A stretch of DNA of 64,000 nt from NCBI GenBank assembly GCA_964187785.1, contig OZ076409.1:64110001-64174000 (forward strand), read 5' to 3'. Shown here piece after piece: positions 38,801 through 50,317 of the stretch. The stretch comes from Amphiscolops sp. MND2022. Lineage: Eukaryota. The notes beneath the pieces were generated by a model. That model was given only the letters and a program-made list of their open reading frames with translations. It was not told the DNA's origin and ran no database searches. Positions within the stretch are counted from its first letter, which is position 1; each line of letters begins with the position of its first letter. A program made the translations under genes and the position numbers.

Positions 38801-40314
38801 CCATTATTCGCCGACCAATCAAAATGCGACAGAGCGAAAACCGAAACAAAGAATGGTACATCCGAAGAACAAAATGAGAAACGAGGAAACCAATCACATA
38901 CGAAAAGAACATTCGAGAACAAACACGGCGTGAACAAAAATCAACAAAACGAAAAGCTACATCCGCTGGACTTTGTTTGGTCGGGATGTGGCGAATACTG
39001 CCCGTTGTGTAAAATGGTCAAACCGGCGTCGCAAACCGCCGGGCAGTCTGATATTAGCACGCTAAAGTCAAGTTGCTCACCGAAAGAAATTTTATGTTCA
39101 AATCAGGTTTCAAAACTTCAAAAATTAAAAACGGAACTTCCCGAAGTGGACCGCGAAAACTTCTATCATTGGAGCGCCAGAGACAAAAATATGAAAATTA
39201 TCCGCAGACGAAACAACACACAGGCTAATAGAGCAGAGAAACGAGTTATCCCCCTAGAAAATTGCGACGCCGGTTTGACCATTTTACACAACGGGCAGTA
39301 TTCGCCACATCCCGACCAAACAAAAGAAGTGGAGCAGAAATAGCCGACATTGATGAAGAGATTATGCGGAGAGTGAACCGATTGGGCTGCGGATATCAGC
39401 CAATAATAGAAGAACAAAACGAACCGGAAGAAGTACGGGAAGAAGGCGAACAGGAAATAGAGGCTACAGAGACGGAAGAAGATAGTGTGAATATGCGCGG
39501 CGACAATTTGCCAATAGTAGACATCAGCAATTACAACACGGAAAGGAAGCGCATTATATCCAGATTAACCGCATTCGGGGAAAACTGACAAACAACAAAA
39601 AGATAACGGGAGACCAGATTAAGAGCGCCGAATTCGAGTTCATGATGGACCTAAAAACGCTTATTGCCAAAACTGCAATCGATCCGGAGCTAACCCGCGT
39701 CAGGAATAGTATGCTTAGAGAAAACCGGGAGACAATCTCGGATGGCTACCGGACTGTCTTTGACAAGCTGTCCATCAGATGGGGATTGGTCTTTGTTGAT
39801 GACCAAATCGTAGTGCCAATAGACCTAAGACGACGACTTGTGAACATCCTACACTTCGGTCGATCCGGCATAACGAGCATAACGAAAATGACATCAGAAG
39901 CAAAGATATTCTTGTGGCCCGAAATTAAGCAGGATATCGACAACAATGTGGAAGACTGTACAGCCTGCTTTGCATCAGGTAAAACCTTAAATATCAATTA
40001 CCGAAAAAATACTACGGAAAGCTAGAAAAACTAACCGAACCCGGCCAAGAAATACAAACTGACTTTTTCGGAAAACTACACAACAAACACATACACGGAG
40101 AAGAACAAATTCTAATAGCGGTAGATAGATTTAGTAATTGACCGACTGTAAAAATTTGTAAAACGGCGGAGACCAAGGAGGTCATAAATTTTCTATCGAG
40201 TAACTTTAATTTGTATGGAATACCCGAAAAAAATATCCGATACGGGGGAGCGATCGTTTCCAAAGTGTATCAAAAATTTTGCAAAAACCGAAATATTGAA
40301 ATTGAATATTGCAC
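35809..40314 (+). mobile_element. Decayed, 3'-truncated Ty3/Gypsy element of the WLDD family
   Basis: LTR end GAATAGAACA at 35980 followed by PBS TGGTGCAGTCAG; frameshifted gag (CNKCGMKRH..C), FIIDNGS, IDLDYAYGQM, AWLDNII, RNase H, integrase zinc finger and start of core; no 3' LTR; LTR start is approximate. Confidence 0.88.
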
Positions 40315-41048
40315 AATTGAATCGAATTGCAAAATTCGAGTCGTTTTGTGCTGAATTGGAGTTATCAGGCCTGCCAATGAATTGAAATGATTATAAAACC
40401 TGTTTATGACATTTTTTGGAAAGTGGCTTTGAGAAGAAAATTGACTCTGGGTACACATCCAAGTTTCAGGTTCATCTGCAAAGTGTCTTTCGGATGCGTT
40501 CTTCTAGGGAACTCAAAGTATCACAGTGCCACTACGCCTTGTGCTCCGTTTCATTTAAGCTTTTTTTGCTACGGGTACGATGAAATGCAACTATATAGCG
40601 ACTACTGAAAAACGTTTTTTTTTCAAATATCATTTGAATTATGCTATGTTTAAATACTGCACGCTGACATGCAATCATATTACGAATATGGGTCAAGAAT
40701 TATACCACTTACGAAATGAAATTAAAGGGTTGGTGGTTTCTGGACTTGTTTCCTCTCACCCACACATTTAGCGAAATTTCGTGACACATTGGAAAATGAT
40801 GATAAATTAGTTCCTGATTGAGTGAATTTATGTGATGTCATCAAAGAACAGTGAATAATTGTTTTTAGAAATCAGTGAAAGTCATTAGAATTTTTAAAAT
40901 GCAACTGACGATGTTAAAATCTAGTTTTTGAAACGTAAGTTGTGTGGGTGGGGTGGGTTAGCCAGTGTAAACTCAAGTTTTCTAAAGCATTTGTCCAGGG
41001 TTGAAGTGTTCAGGATGACGTGATCGATGACAAAAGCTAATTGTCGTC

Positions 41049-41167
41049 TCAGAAAATGACGTCCATGGTTCTAATGAACTCTTCCACTGTGATTTCACTG
41101 TTCATAGCAGCATGTGAGCTGATTTTGACGTCACGCCTTGCTTGCACTCCACCATGGTTGTTGAATT
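41049..41167 (-). CDS. Calmodulin-like EF-hand protein, terminal exon
   Basis: TTTCAACTTAG acceptor, phase 1; encodes KFNNHGGVQARRDVKISSHAAMNSEITVEEFIRTMDVIF-TGA; EITVEEFIRTM resembles calmodulin QVNYEEFVQMM. Confidence 0.8.
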
Positions 41168-41610
41168 CTAAGTTGAAACAACCAATATCGAATTTTTTTA
41201 ACGTTTATACTTCAATTTTTTGTTGCATGATTATGCGCCCCGACAGCAGAAGTGCACGTATCTAGCTCAGAAGTGATTGTAATGACAAAATTTTTTAAGG
41301 TAACAAACTCAATTGGGTTTCTTGTTGATCCTTATTCAATATTTCAATAGTGCTTTTTCAATTCATAATTCATAGAGTCCAAAGTTTCACCAGGAAGTTT
41401 TGAATAATGCCGAAAAGATTGAAACCATGCCTCGGATAAACGCAAACTCAAATTTAAAGTCAAATGAGCTCAAAACTCAAAACTGTTCAAAATTCACCAT
41501 GGAGACTAGAAAATGATTGAACATCTTCCAGACAAAAAGACAATGAAAACTTTAAAAGATTTAGCAATTACAAAAAGATTGAGACAAGCCACTAGGCCAT
41601 CATGACTTAC

Positions 41611-41761
41611 TGGATGTTTTCTGGTTCCGTATGATGATGTTTTCGAACGACTGGTTTTTGCCAATGTTCATGTGGGCAAAAAGTTCCTCCAGTTCGGGCA
41701 CCTCGATTGTCGCCTCTTCCGAGAACTTGTCCACTGCTCGTCTCATTTCTTGAAATGTCAC
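41611..41761 (-). CDS. Calmodulin-like EF-hand protein, exon completing EF3 and starting EF4
   Basis: CTCAG acceptor (phase 0), GTAAGT donor (phase 1); VTFQEMRRAV completes the 12-residue loop DPENRGK-VTFQE across the 14.7-kb intron. Confidence 0.85.
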
Positions 41762-44171
41762 CTGAGATCAACACAATGTGGCATTTTTGGAGAAAAAATA
41801 CTCTGGCTGAGTAGAACCAGGAAGATCCCTGGATAGGGACAAAAAGTTTATGAAATTAATGAATTAAAACAAAGTTCAAGTAAGGGAGGTAAACTTGGAT
41901 TTTCCCCGGAGCAAATTTTAAGAGCGCAAATCCACAAACACCAAAAACACAAAATAGTTTTGGAAAAGTTCTTTTCTTTTGATGTCGTAAAACCTGGTCA
42001 AAGTTGAATCTGCTTTGAATCTGACGAGGGATCAATGAATGGGTTTTGAATTGTTTTTGTTCATTTATAGGTTTTGAATACAGGCTATGATTTTAATATA
42101 TAAGCTAATATAGGCTTTTAATATACACAGGTTAATATAGCAATCGGAAACTCGAGCTTAAATAATTCTGTATAGACGCTGAATTTTCCTAAATTGAAGT
42201 TTTTGCTAAAAGGTAACTCCTTAGAATTTTTTCGGATAATGAGAAATTTTCTTTAGCCCCATGTTTTAAATGCTTCAGTTTTTAGTCGGCGCTTTATGAT
42301 ATAAAACGCGACTTTTATAGTATTTTTTCGTATATTTTTCCAATCCAGTCGTAGTGACCCAAAGTCCTACAAAAAATTCTACAACGCTAAGATCTAAGCA
42401 GGGTCAAAAGGGCTCAAGACGTTAGTTATTTCAGTTTCGTTCAATTAATATGTTTTTTCGGCACTTACTGTAAACACCCAGACCTGTATCTTCTCTAATA
42501 TCAGAGGTAGATCTACAGTTCTTCTCTGTTGAATTCGTTTGAGACCAATTAGGCTTTTCACCGAGATCGTGACGGCAAGTGGACGGACCAAAATTGTGTT
42601 TTCGCATAGGCAAGGTTTCCACTATACTTTGTATCTAAGGGATCACCTTGTCATTTATTGCAGAAGTAATAGCTTTATTTATCTGCTTCTGCATGATCTT
42701 TATAAGGAATTAATTCCCTGTGATAATCTAAGGTTCAGTTCTGTCGACGGTTGACATTTTGATTTTATGAGCACATGTTTCTTTTTCTTTTTTTCTGGTC
42801 TCCATTTAAACTAAAATGACCATAAGATGGGACATTTGTATGCTTGTTTTGTCATGAATTTTTTCTTGGCATCTTACATGTAACCTTTAAAGAAGCATCG
42901 ATTAAAATTTATGCCCACCGTGAATATGAATGCAATCTATTGCAAAAAATCAGTCTTCATGATAAAGCAAACCATCAAAACATGGTTTTTTTCAGACGGT
43001 CATGACGGCGAGCACACATAACATTGGTCGCCGTGTACCATCCTAATTCTCCTGGTTTTTAATGGTTTGGCAGCTATTCGATTCTTTTTCCTACACTTTC
43101 GAGAATAGTCTCTGACTTTCAGTTTAGCCGTCAAATATCACCAAGAGACCCTAGTATGAGGAACTTCAATCAGCAGGTGTCTAAATCGGTGAAGCTAGGC
43201 ACTCGAACAAACTAGAAATAAATAATTTTGTGAACTGAATTCGTCGGAAAAAAAGTTGAAAAATCACATTTATCAAATAAAAGGAGATATTTGTTTTAGT
43301 GTGGCGGTACTGTCGGCAACTGCTGCCGCCGCTTGTTTCATCTGATGTATGTGATTGATGTCTTATAATTGGTTCAATTTGTTTCAATGTTCATGCTGTA
43401 TTAGGCGAAAACACTTGATTTTTTGAGCATTTCTGTTATTTAATTAGATTGAGTTTTTTCACTGTTTTTCCCCGAGCAACATCAAATTTTGTTTGTAAAA
43501 TTTTTACTTTCATCTTTTAATGAAGGTTCTATTTCATTTAAAAAATGAAGAAAATTAGCGAGAAACTGACATTAAAGTTCCGTCTGAAAATAGAGATGAA
43601 TACATCAATGTTCAATCGAGTGACTTTTTGTGGCCCACGGCGTTTAATGAGCTTCGAATATTTTCAATGAAGCACCTTTGGTTTCTACGCATAGAGTGAA
43701 CAATCTCAAGTTAAGAGAATCAAGTGGAATCAATGAGAAATTAATTACCTTAATTGAAAGCATTACAATTTAGGACAATCTTCTATACCTTTTCAGCAAA
43801 TGTGATTCAGATGGTTGGAATTTCTTTGTGCAACACAATAAAGAAATTAACTAATTTTAAATGTTCTCATTTCGCAATCCCGGGTTGACCCTCTCGCTAG
43901 CATCTTGGCTGCTATGGCAAGATCTTGCTAAATTCTTACTATATCTTGGCGCCATGAATCCCTTAGCAAAATTCTCACCAAGATCTTGATAAAATGTGTC
44001 ATAATTCAAAGTGCAAGATAAAGTCCAAGTATGAATAACCTGCAAAACACCTTCCTTGCCATTTCAGAAACATTTAAACGTTATTTGGCTTGTAAAACAA
44101 TCGACAGACTGTCACTGTTGAAACTATGTTTTGATTGATCGACAAATACCGAAACACTTATATTAAAATAC

Positions 44172-45933
44172 GCTAATCCTGACTATGTGTGGTCCCTACA
44201 ATACTTATGCAGCGGGCCTGAAAGCTCCTGGCTAAGTGTGGTCCCTAGCAGATTCAGAAGAGCAATCGTAAAGCAAACATTACAGGTAGTTCAAAATAAG
44301 GTGACTATTCATCTAAAAAAACTACAAAGTCTCAAGAAGAAAAAAGAAAGAACGTGTATCTAATTGAATTTTGTGTAAATAAGAACATGGCACATGATTA
44401 AACACTTTCATTCAATTTGGACAGGAGAGGAGCCTACTCAGCTCTTCGAGTCCTCGCCTAGCAAAATACCAATGAGCGAGTCTTTCTAAATCGAGGGCTA
44501 CTTTTTGTAACTATGTAGGAAAAACAAGTGCAGCATTTCAGATACTTTCAAAAAATCCTAGAAGGCGGTTTCGAGGCGTGAATAAAAATGTTCTTTCATT
44601 TCAGTGTATTCTGCCACATAATTAAAGCAGATATTTTTTCGTGTAGGAATTCATTTGATTGGAGCTTAAGTTGGTGATGTCAAGGGGTATGAGGTCAAAA
44701 GTTTTCAACCAATTGTAACAAACTCTGATGGAGTTTTCAACTGATTTCTTTTTTGTTACCGTTCTACAGTATAACGATGGGAACAGGCCATGCTGTTTTC
44801 TTCATTTTTGATACGTGCAAGGATTGCTAGCATGTGCGAGAATATTTGGCGGAGAGTTCCATCTAATCTGCAAAAAGACTTCACGAATCATTTCAGATAT
44901 ATAAAGTTCAGATGCTGTGAGAACTTTGTACTTTGTCAGAACAATAGATCAGCTTTCAGTTTTTTTTTTGAGAAAAATAGCACAACGTATTCACCGTTGA
45001 ACCTCTTCAATCAAATCGATGTTTGTTTTGGCTGCACTATTAATACTACCGGACCATATGAAATAATAGACCTTGCATATGAATGAAAAAACATCAACAA
45101 ACATCCTATAGGATACAAATGACTCACTTTGTACAGCAAACCAGAAAATTTCTCAGGCTTCTGGACAACATGAGCAATATGGTTGGTGAAACGTAAATTT
45201 CTATCAATTTACAAACCTAGATATTTACAAGAATCTTTGGTTTTTATTTGGGTACCAAATACACTCAAGTGAATTGGCAGCCCTGCGCTGAAATGGATTT
45301 TTTCACATTTGTCTGTATTGATAGTTAGTTATTGTAACAAAACCAATCAATAATTTTAGCAAGATCAGTTTGGAGATTCGATTGATTACGAGAATCTGCT
45401 TTCATTGTGGATGTGTCGTCTGCGAAAATGGCCAATTTACTTTCACGTGTTTTGTGCAAAGGCAGATCATTGATATGTATCAAGAATAGAAAAGGTCCAA
45501 GAATTGAGCCTTGCGGCACACCTGTTATGATTTTGAGCATACCGGAGTTTTTATTAGAGACGTGTAAAAACTGCCATCTTACATCCAAATAATTTTTTTC
45601 CAAAATTTCAAACGCGGGGCCACGAAACCCATACTTAAGGATTTTACGAAGCAGAATTCAAATTACTAGCTTTCAGTGCTGTTACAGCCAATATGTATGG
45701 AACTTGATATGAAGAGGTTAGCATATTTGTTGTATGGCTCGGTCGCTTCGCTCCCTTCGCCGAGTACCAACATTGAGGCATGGCCATTTGGCACGTCGCT
45801 TCGCTCCTGCCGTTAGGGCATTAGGGGTATGTGAACATATCTGACGACGTTATAATGATAATTCTGACAAAATATGCAGGGACCACACTTAGTAAGGTGA
45901 AATCGTTTGGGACCACACTCAATCAGGAGTACC
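44172..45933. mobile_element. Merlin-like non-autonomous DNA transposon containing a LINE fragment
   Basis: TIRs G(G/C)TA(C/A)TCCTGA...GTGTGGTCCC with a second inner perfect CTAAGTGTGGTCCCT pair; 8-bp flanks TAAAATAC / TAAATTAC; GGTAC terminus fits the Merlin GGNRM pattern. Confidence 0.6.
44405..45655 (-). mobile_element. 5'-truncated CR1/L2-group LINE remnant
   Basis: KYGFRG, GVPQGSILGPFLFLIHINDLP, IFADDT, KYLGL motifs with stops and frameshifts; 3' boundary approximate. Confidence 0.85.
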
Positions 45934-48900
45934 TAAATTACTGTCTTTTGAAATATTAGTCTAAAACACTATGATGTGGAATAAGGACTAAACTCACTGT
46001 ATCCCGAAGACTAAGATCTAAAATCGCTGGGTCATAGTGTAATAAGGTCTAAAATCGTAATGTTCTAAACTGAAAGTCACAATCGTTTCAGAATGGATTG
46101 GCGATGGCTAGAAAATTTGATTTCCTCTGTTTTAATTTTCGTTTTATTAGGGTACGGGCTTTTTTCTGAATAAAGACTTCATTATGCACAATTTGTTGAC
46201 ATTACATGATGCTGTAATCAATCCACGAACAGTAGCTTTTAGATGAGACAAAATGACAATTTGTGGTTTTCAGTGGTTTGAGATGTTTTTAGTAATTGTG
46301 AAGGTTGTCTCAAACAAGTAATCGTGAAGTTTTGAGAGAATTTTAGAATATATTTCAATTTACCATTTCTTATTTTTTTTTTCGAATGCTGCTTTTTTCT
46401 CGCTAGCACGCAGTTTTCAGCAAGTTTTTTTGGGCTTCGTAATAAGATTCTTCCTGGACACATGCTGTCTTGATAAAGTCTTGACATGGCATTATGCGTA
46501 CCATGACAAGATCCTTGCAGGATATCCATGGAGGGGCAACTAGGGATGATATGTAACGAGAAGATTTCTTATTTTGAGATGGCGAAGAGAAATGTATTAT
46601 ATTAAAAGAATCCAATATATTATCTAATCACATCTGGTTCTTTCCTTTTCTCAAGAAACAAAGTAAGAATTGGGCAGAGATGTAAAAGTATAAATTGTAT
46701 TTAAATATAGTGACAAGAATGAATAAAAGATTCTTGTTTTCCATTTTGTACAATACAATTTATTTGTTATTTTTTTTGCTCCAATATAGTTGTGTTTTAG
46801 GCCAATACGCGAAATGCACAAAACTCAACACAGTTTCTCAACCAACTATTAGGAAGTATTTGGATTTAGTTACTAGATGTGAAGAAAATTCAATGAGGGA
46901 ATTGCTACTTACTATTATTATTATTATGGATGGTTGTAAAATCAGAAGTGCACATACGAACTATTCAATACGAGCAATGAGCAATATATATTTCCTCACA
47001 CAAAATAGAACAATTAGTGTAATATATTTATCGTGTGTCAGGAAAATAGTATATATATTCACATTCGAAAAATATTTAAATGTGAGTATGTGTCGTCAAT
47101 GTCAAAAATTGAAGTAAAAGTTAAAAGTTGAAAAGTTTGATCAAACGGATTTCCAGTTTCTATGCTAGCTGCTAGCTGACTGTAAGCGTTTAAAAGATGC
47201 AGATGCAGTGAGCTATTGGGCAATCAGGATCCCTGAGAAGCAGTTCTGAACGTATCACTAAATTGTCATTCAAAACTTACCGTAATGTCCAGCCTATAAG
47301 CCCCCGGCTTATAAGGTCCTTTAATTTTGAGCCACAAACACTAATGTTTGGGTGTATCCGCTGTTTAAGCCCCCATATTTGGAAAAATATAAATACTTTT
47401 TGAAATTGGTAATTATTGGAACAACAAAGAAATCTTTCATTTGTCCCGAATCCTCCACGAACGTAAAATCAACTGCAGCATAATCAAGTTCATCATCGTA
47501 AGGCTGCACTGAAAAATCATCATGTTCTGGTTCTTTAGAATTTTGGACGTAATCAAGTTAGAGTTAGTGCAACGTCTCCTTATCATACAGACATGTTCAC
47601 TGCTGACATGCTCAACAACGGAAAAACTTGAAGGTAATATAATTTGCCGCAAATGGTGTCCGTGTCAGTCCAAATACCCGTCCCAAAAAGACGAAACCAT
47701 AAAAAAGAGAGCCGGAACATCCCAGAGTAGACCCGAGAAAACGAAAGCGTAAAAAGGCTCAATGAGCGCAGTGCTATTTACGTTCAGACTGAAGTTGGGT
47801 AAAAACTCCCGTACCGCTCAGCATGTTGGTACTAATTGTAAAGATTACTTTAAAATGAGTCTTCCTGTTTAATTAAGCATACGGTGCTTGTGTCCCTTCT
47901 TATTGCTGTGCAAAGCCAATAATGTTGTCATACCTTCATGATGTCTTAGCTCGGGAGCTACTAATTTTTGTTCACTTGTGATCGGAACATAAAATTCACT
48001 AGTTGACACCAACGCCCACGTTTTTAAATTCTATCTAGACGGTGGTCCTGAAGTAAAGAGTAAGATGTTCGTCACTGGTAGCAGTTACAAGCAACACTTC
48101 ACAAGCGTGAATGTTGGGCAGGTGGTTGGCAATACCCATTCTGGAATTAATTTAGTTACCATCTTGCAAAACCTCGCTGGATCGAGCCAGAATTCCGATG
48201 TTTTAACCAGATTCCACATAAGCCTGTCAAGATCTTATCAAGAATTCTAAGTGTCTGATGCTGGGCAAATTTGACACTTGTTGAAATAAAAGTTTCAATT
48301 ACTTGTAACGGCATCTTCTGGTACACCAAAATTAGTCGGCTTTGGAATTTAGACTTCTTCAGAAGTTTGGTGGAAAATTTTAATCCGATGTGTGACGTGG
48401 TGCTGAGCATGTGATTGGCCTTTTCGCTGTTTCCGCCATTTTCAATGCAGAAGGTGGACAAGGGCAGACCGAGCAAGAACACTGATAGCTCGTAGAGTCT
48501 TTGAAAATTTCTAGAAAGACACTTTTTGAGGTGCTAACACCGGTTTTTATTGATTTCCAGCATTATTCGACCTTAAGTAGCGAAAACTGGAATAATGAGT
48601 CCTTTTGCCTAAAGATCCTTGATTGGTACTTGGAGATCCTGCGCCCCAGCTTGCAGCTGTGTGGCCTGCCAGTTTGTATGCTTTGATGTAATTTCACTGT
48701 TTTCAGTCGGATTTACTAGCCCGTATTTGCTAGCTAGTTTTTGCAATTTTATACGTTATTCACATGTCACCCCTGAAATGGAAATTCACCTTATTCCATT
48801 GTTTTTATGTGCTAGTTAAACAGTGGTGTTTAGAGAGTCAGGAAGATGCCTGTTACTTTTAGCTGTCAAAGACTAGAACCGGCTGGACGGTTTTCGTCGA

Positions 48901-49429
48901 AGCACCCACGGCCTCGGGACGTATTTCACCCCTGGAGGCAAAATTGATCTGTGGCAATGGGCGCCTGTTCCGAGCAATGCACCATTTCTACAAGTTCCGC
49001 CTCTGTTAACGTGTTAAGCGACCTATCACTGCTTGCCATTACAACTTCTTCTAAAGTGCATTGAGAAATTTCGAAAAGCTGGTAGAAAATTGAGAAATTT
49101 TCGAAAACTGGTAGAAAATAGATTCTCTGGAAGATTGAATTGTTTCTTTTTCATGTATTTTGAGATCAACTATTTGAAAAAGCTTCACTGAACTTAGGGT
49201 GAAACAGCTGCGACCCAAGTTTACCCTCCCAGGTTCTTCAAGTTGGCCCTCCAAGTCTCCTTTACGTGGAATAATGGACTGCTCAAAGGCAAATATTGCA
49301 TAAGATCCAAAACTACGAAATGACCAAGATCTAAATTCAAACCGCCTGATTTGTCAATAATTTGGTACAAGATCTATAATAGCTCTCAAGGCTAAACCTT
49401 ATGACAAAAAGGTGGCAAAATTGACGTAA

Positions 49430-49900
49430 TAATGTTTTCTGAGTCTTTTAGGTGTGCTATTATGAATTTTGAAACCATAGAGGGCGGAATGAAAGGTTCC
49501 GTCACTTATGTGTCTGAGGAATTATGTTGTGCTTTCTCTCATCGATTTAAAACCGAAGCGCTAGAGAGACTCGTACACGTCGACGAAACCTTCAAAGTGG
49601 TCCCAAATTGGTACCAATTGGTGCCTTTGTTGTTCAAAATAGCTGCAATTCGATTATCGGTTTCTGAATATCCTGAATTTAGGTAAGAACACTGTGTTAT
49701 TCATCAATCGGTTTTGTGTCCGAATGTGCTATGCGAGGTTGCTTTCTCCATTATCGCACAGCATTGTACGGGAGTCTAAAGTCTAAAAGAATAACTTATA
49801 GAATTGCTCAGGGTGGCCCTTGGGAAATTTTCATAACGTCAAGTTGTTTTGCAACCATTACAAAAAACCGAGTTTTTCCGAAGTTCTGTTCTGGTCTTTA
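49430..49900 (+). pseudogene. Mutator/MULE transposase remnant
   Basis: VHVDETFKVVPNWYQL resembles the MULE DGTFK..P..YQL motif; downstream RGCFLHYRTAL resembles GCxFH..QA; frames are broken. Confidence 0.6.
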
Positions 49901-50097
49901 ACGAACTGCTAAACATTCTTAGAACAATCGATTAGCAAAATATATGTTTTATTGTAGATGTATTTGCTCTGTGGAAATTTTACTTGAATTTACTTGGCTG
50001 CTTCAATGGTTTCCTGGTTTTTCTGTTTTATGATTTGTCGCTTTACCAGTTTTTTAATACAATGGTATCATGACATCGTTACAACCACGTTAACAAC

Positions 50098-50304
50098 TGT
50101 AGAATAGAGCATGGTAAAGGTCACTATGTCATGTAAGATTACATAATTTCATACCATACTGTCTATGACCATATTACATAATGTACCTGCTAACATAGTA
50201 CTGGAGATTACTGTATATCTTAACGACACAAGAAATTTGGATACAGTTACAATACAGTATTACATTCCCTGACTCCTTTTGAATATAATCGATAGAATAC
50301 AACA
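50098..50304 (+). repeat. 5' LTR
   Basis: TGTAGAATAGAG...GAATACAACA, identical to 55895-56101. Confidence 0.96.
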
Positions 50305-50316
50305 TGGCGCAGTCAG
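50305..50316 (+). other. Primer-binding site, tRNA-Ser type
   Basis: TGGCGCAGTCAG directly after the LTR, complementary to a tRNA ending CTGACTGCG-CCA as in invertebrate tRNA-Ser; variants at 35981 and 59087. Confidence 0.75.
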
Positions 50317-50317
50317 A

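Noticed and set aside
47279..47890. pogo/Tc2-like element starting TACCGTA
   Set aside because: No convincing matching right TIR and no transposase motifs.
50279..50317. ORF-track start (TTG) of the 1777-aa ORF
   Set aside because: Lies within the LTR/PBS; the first in-frame ATG is at 50318.
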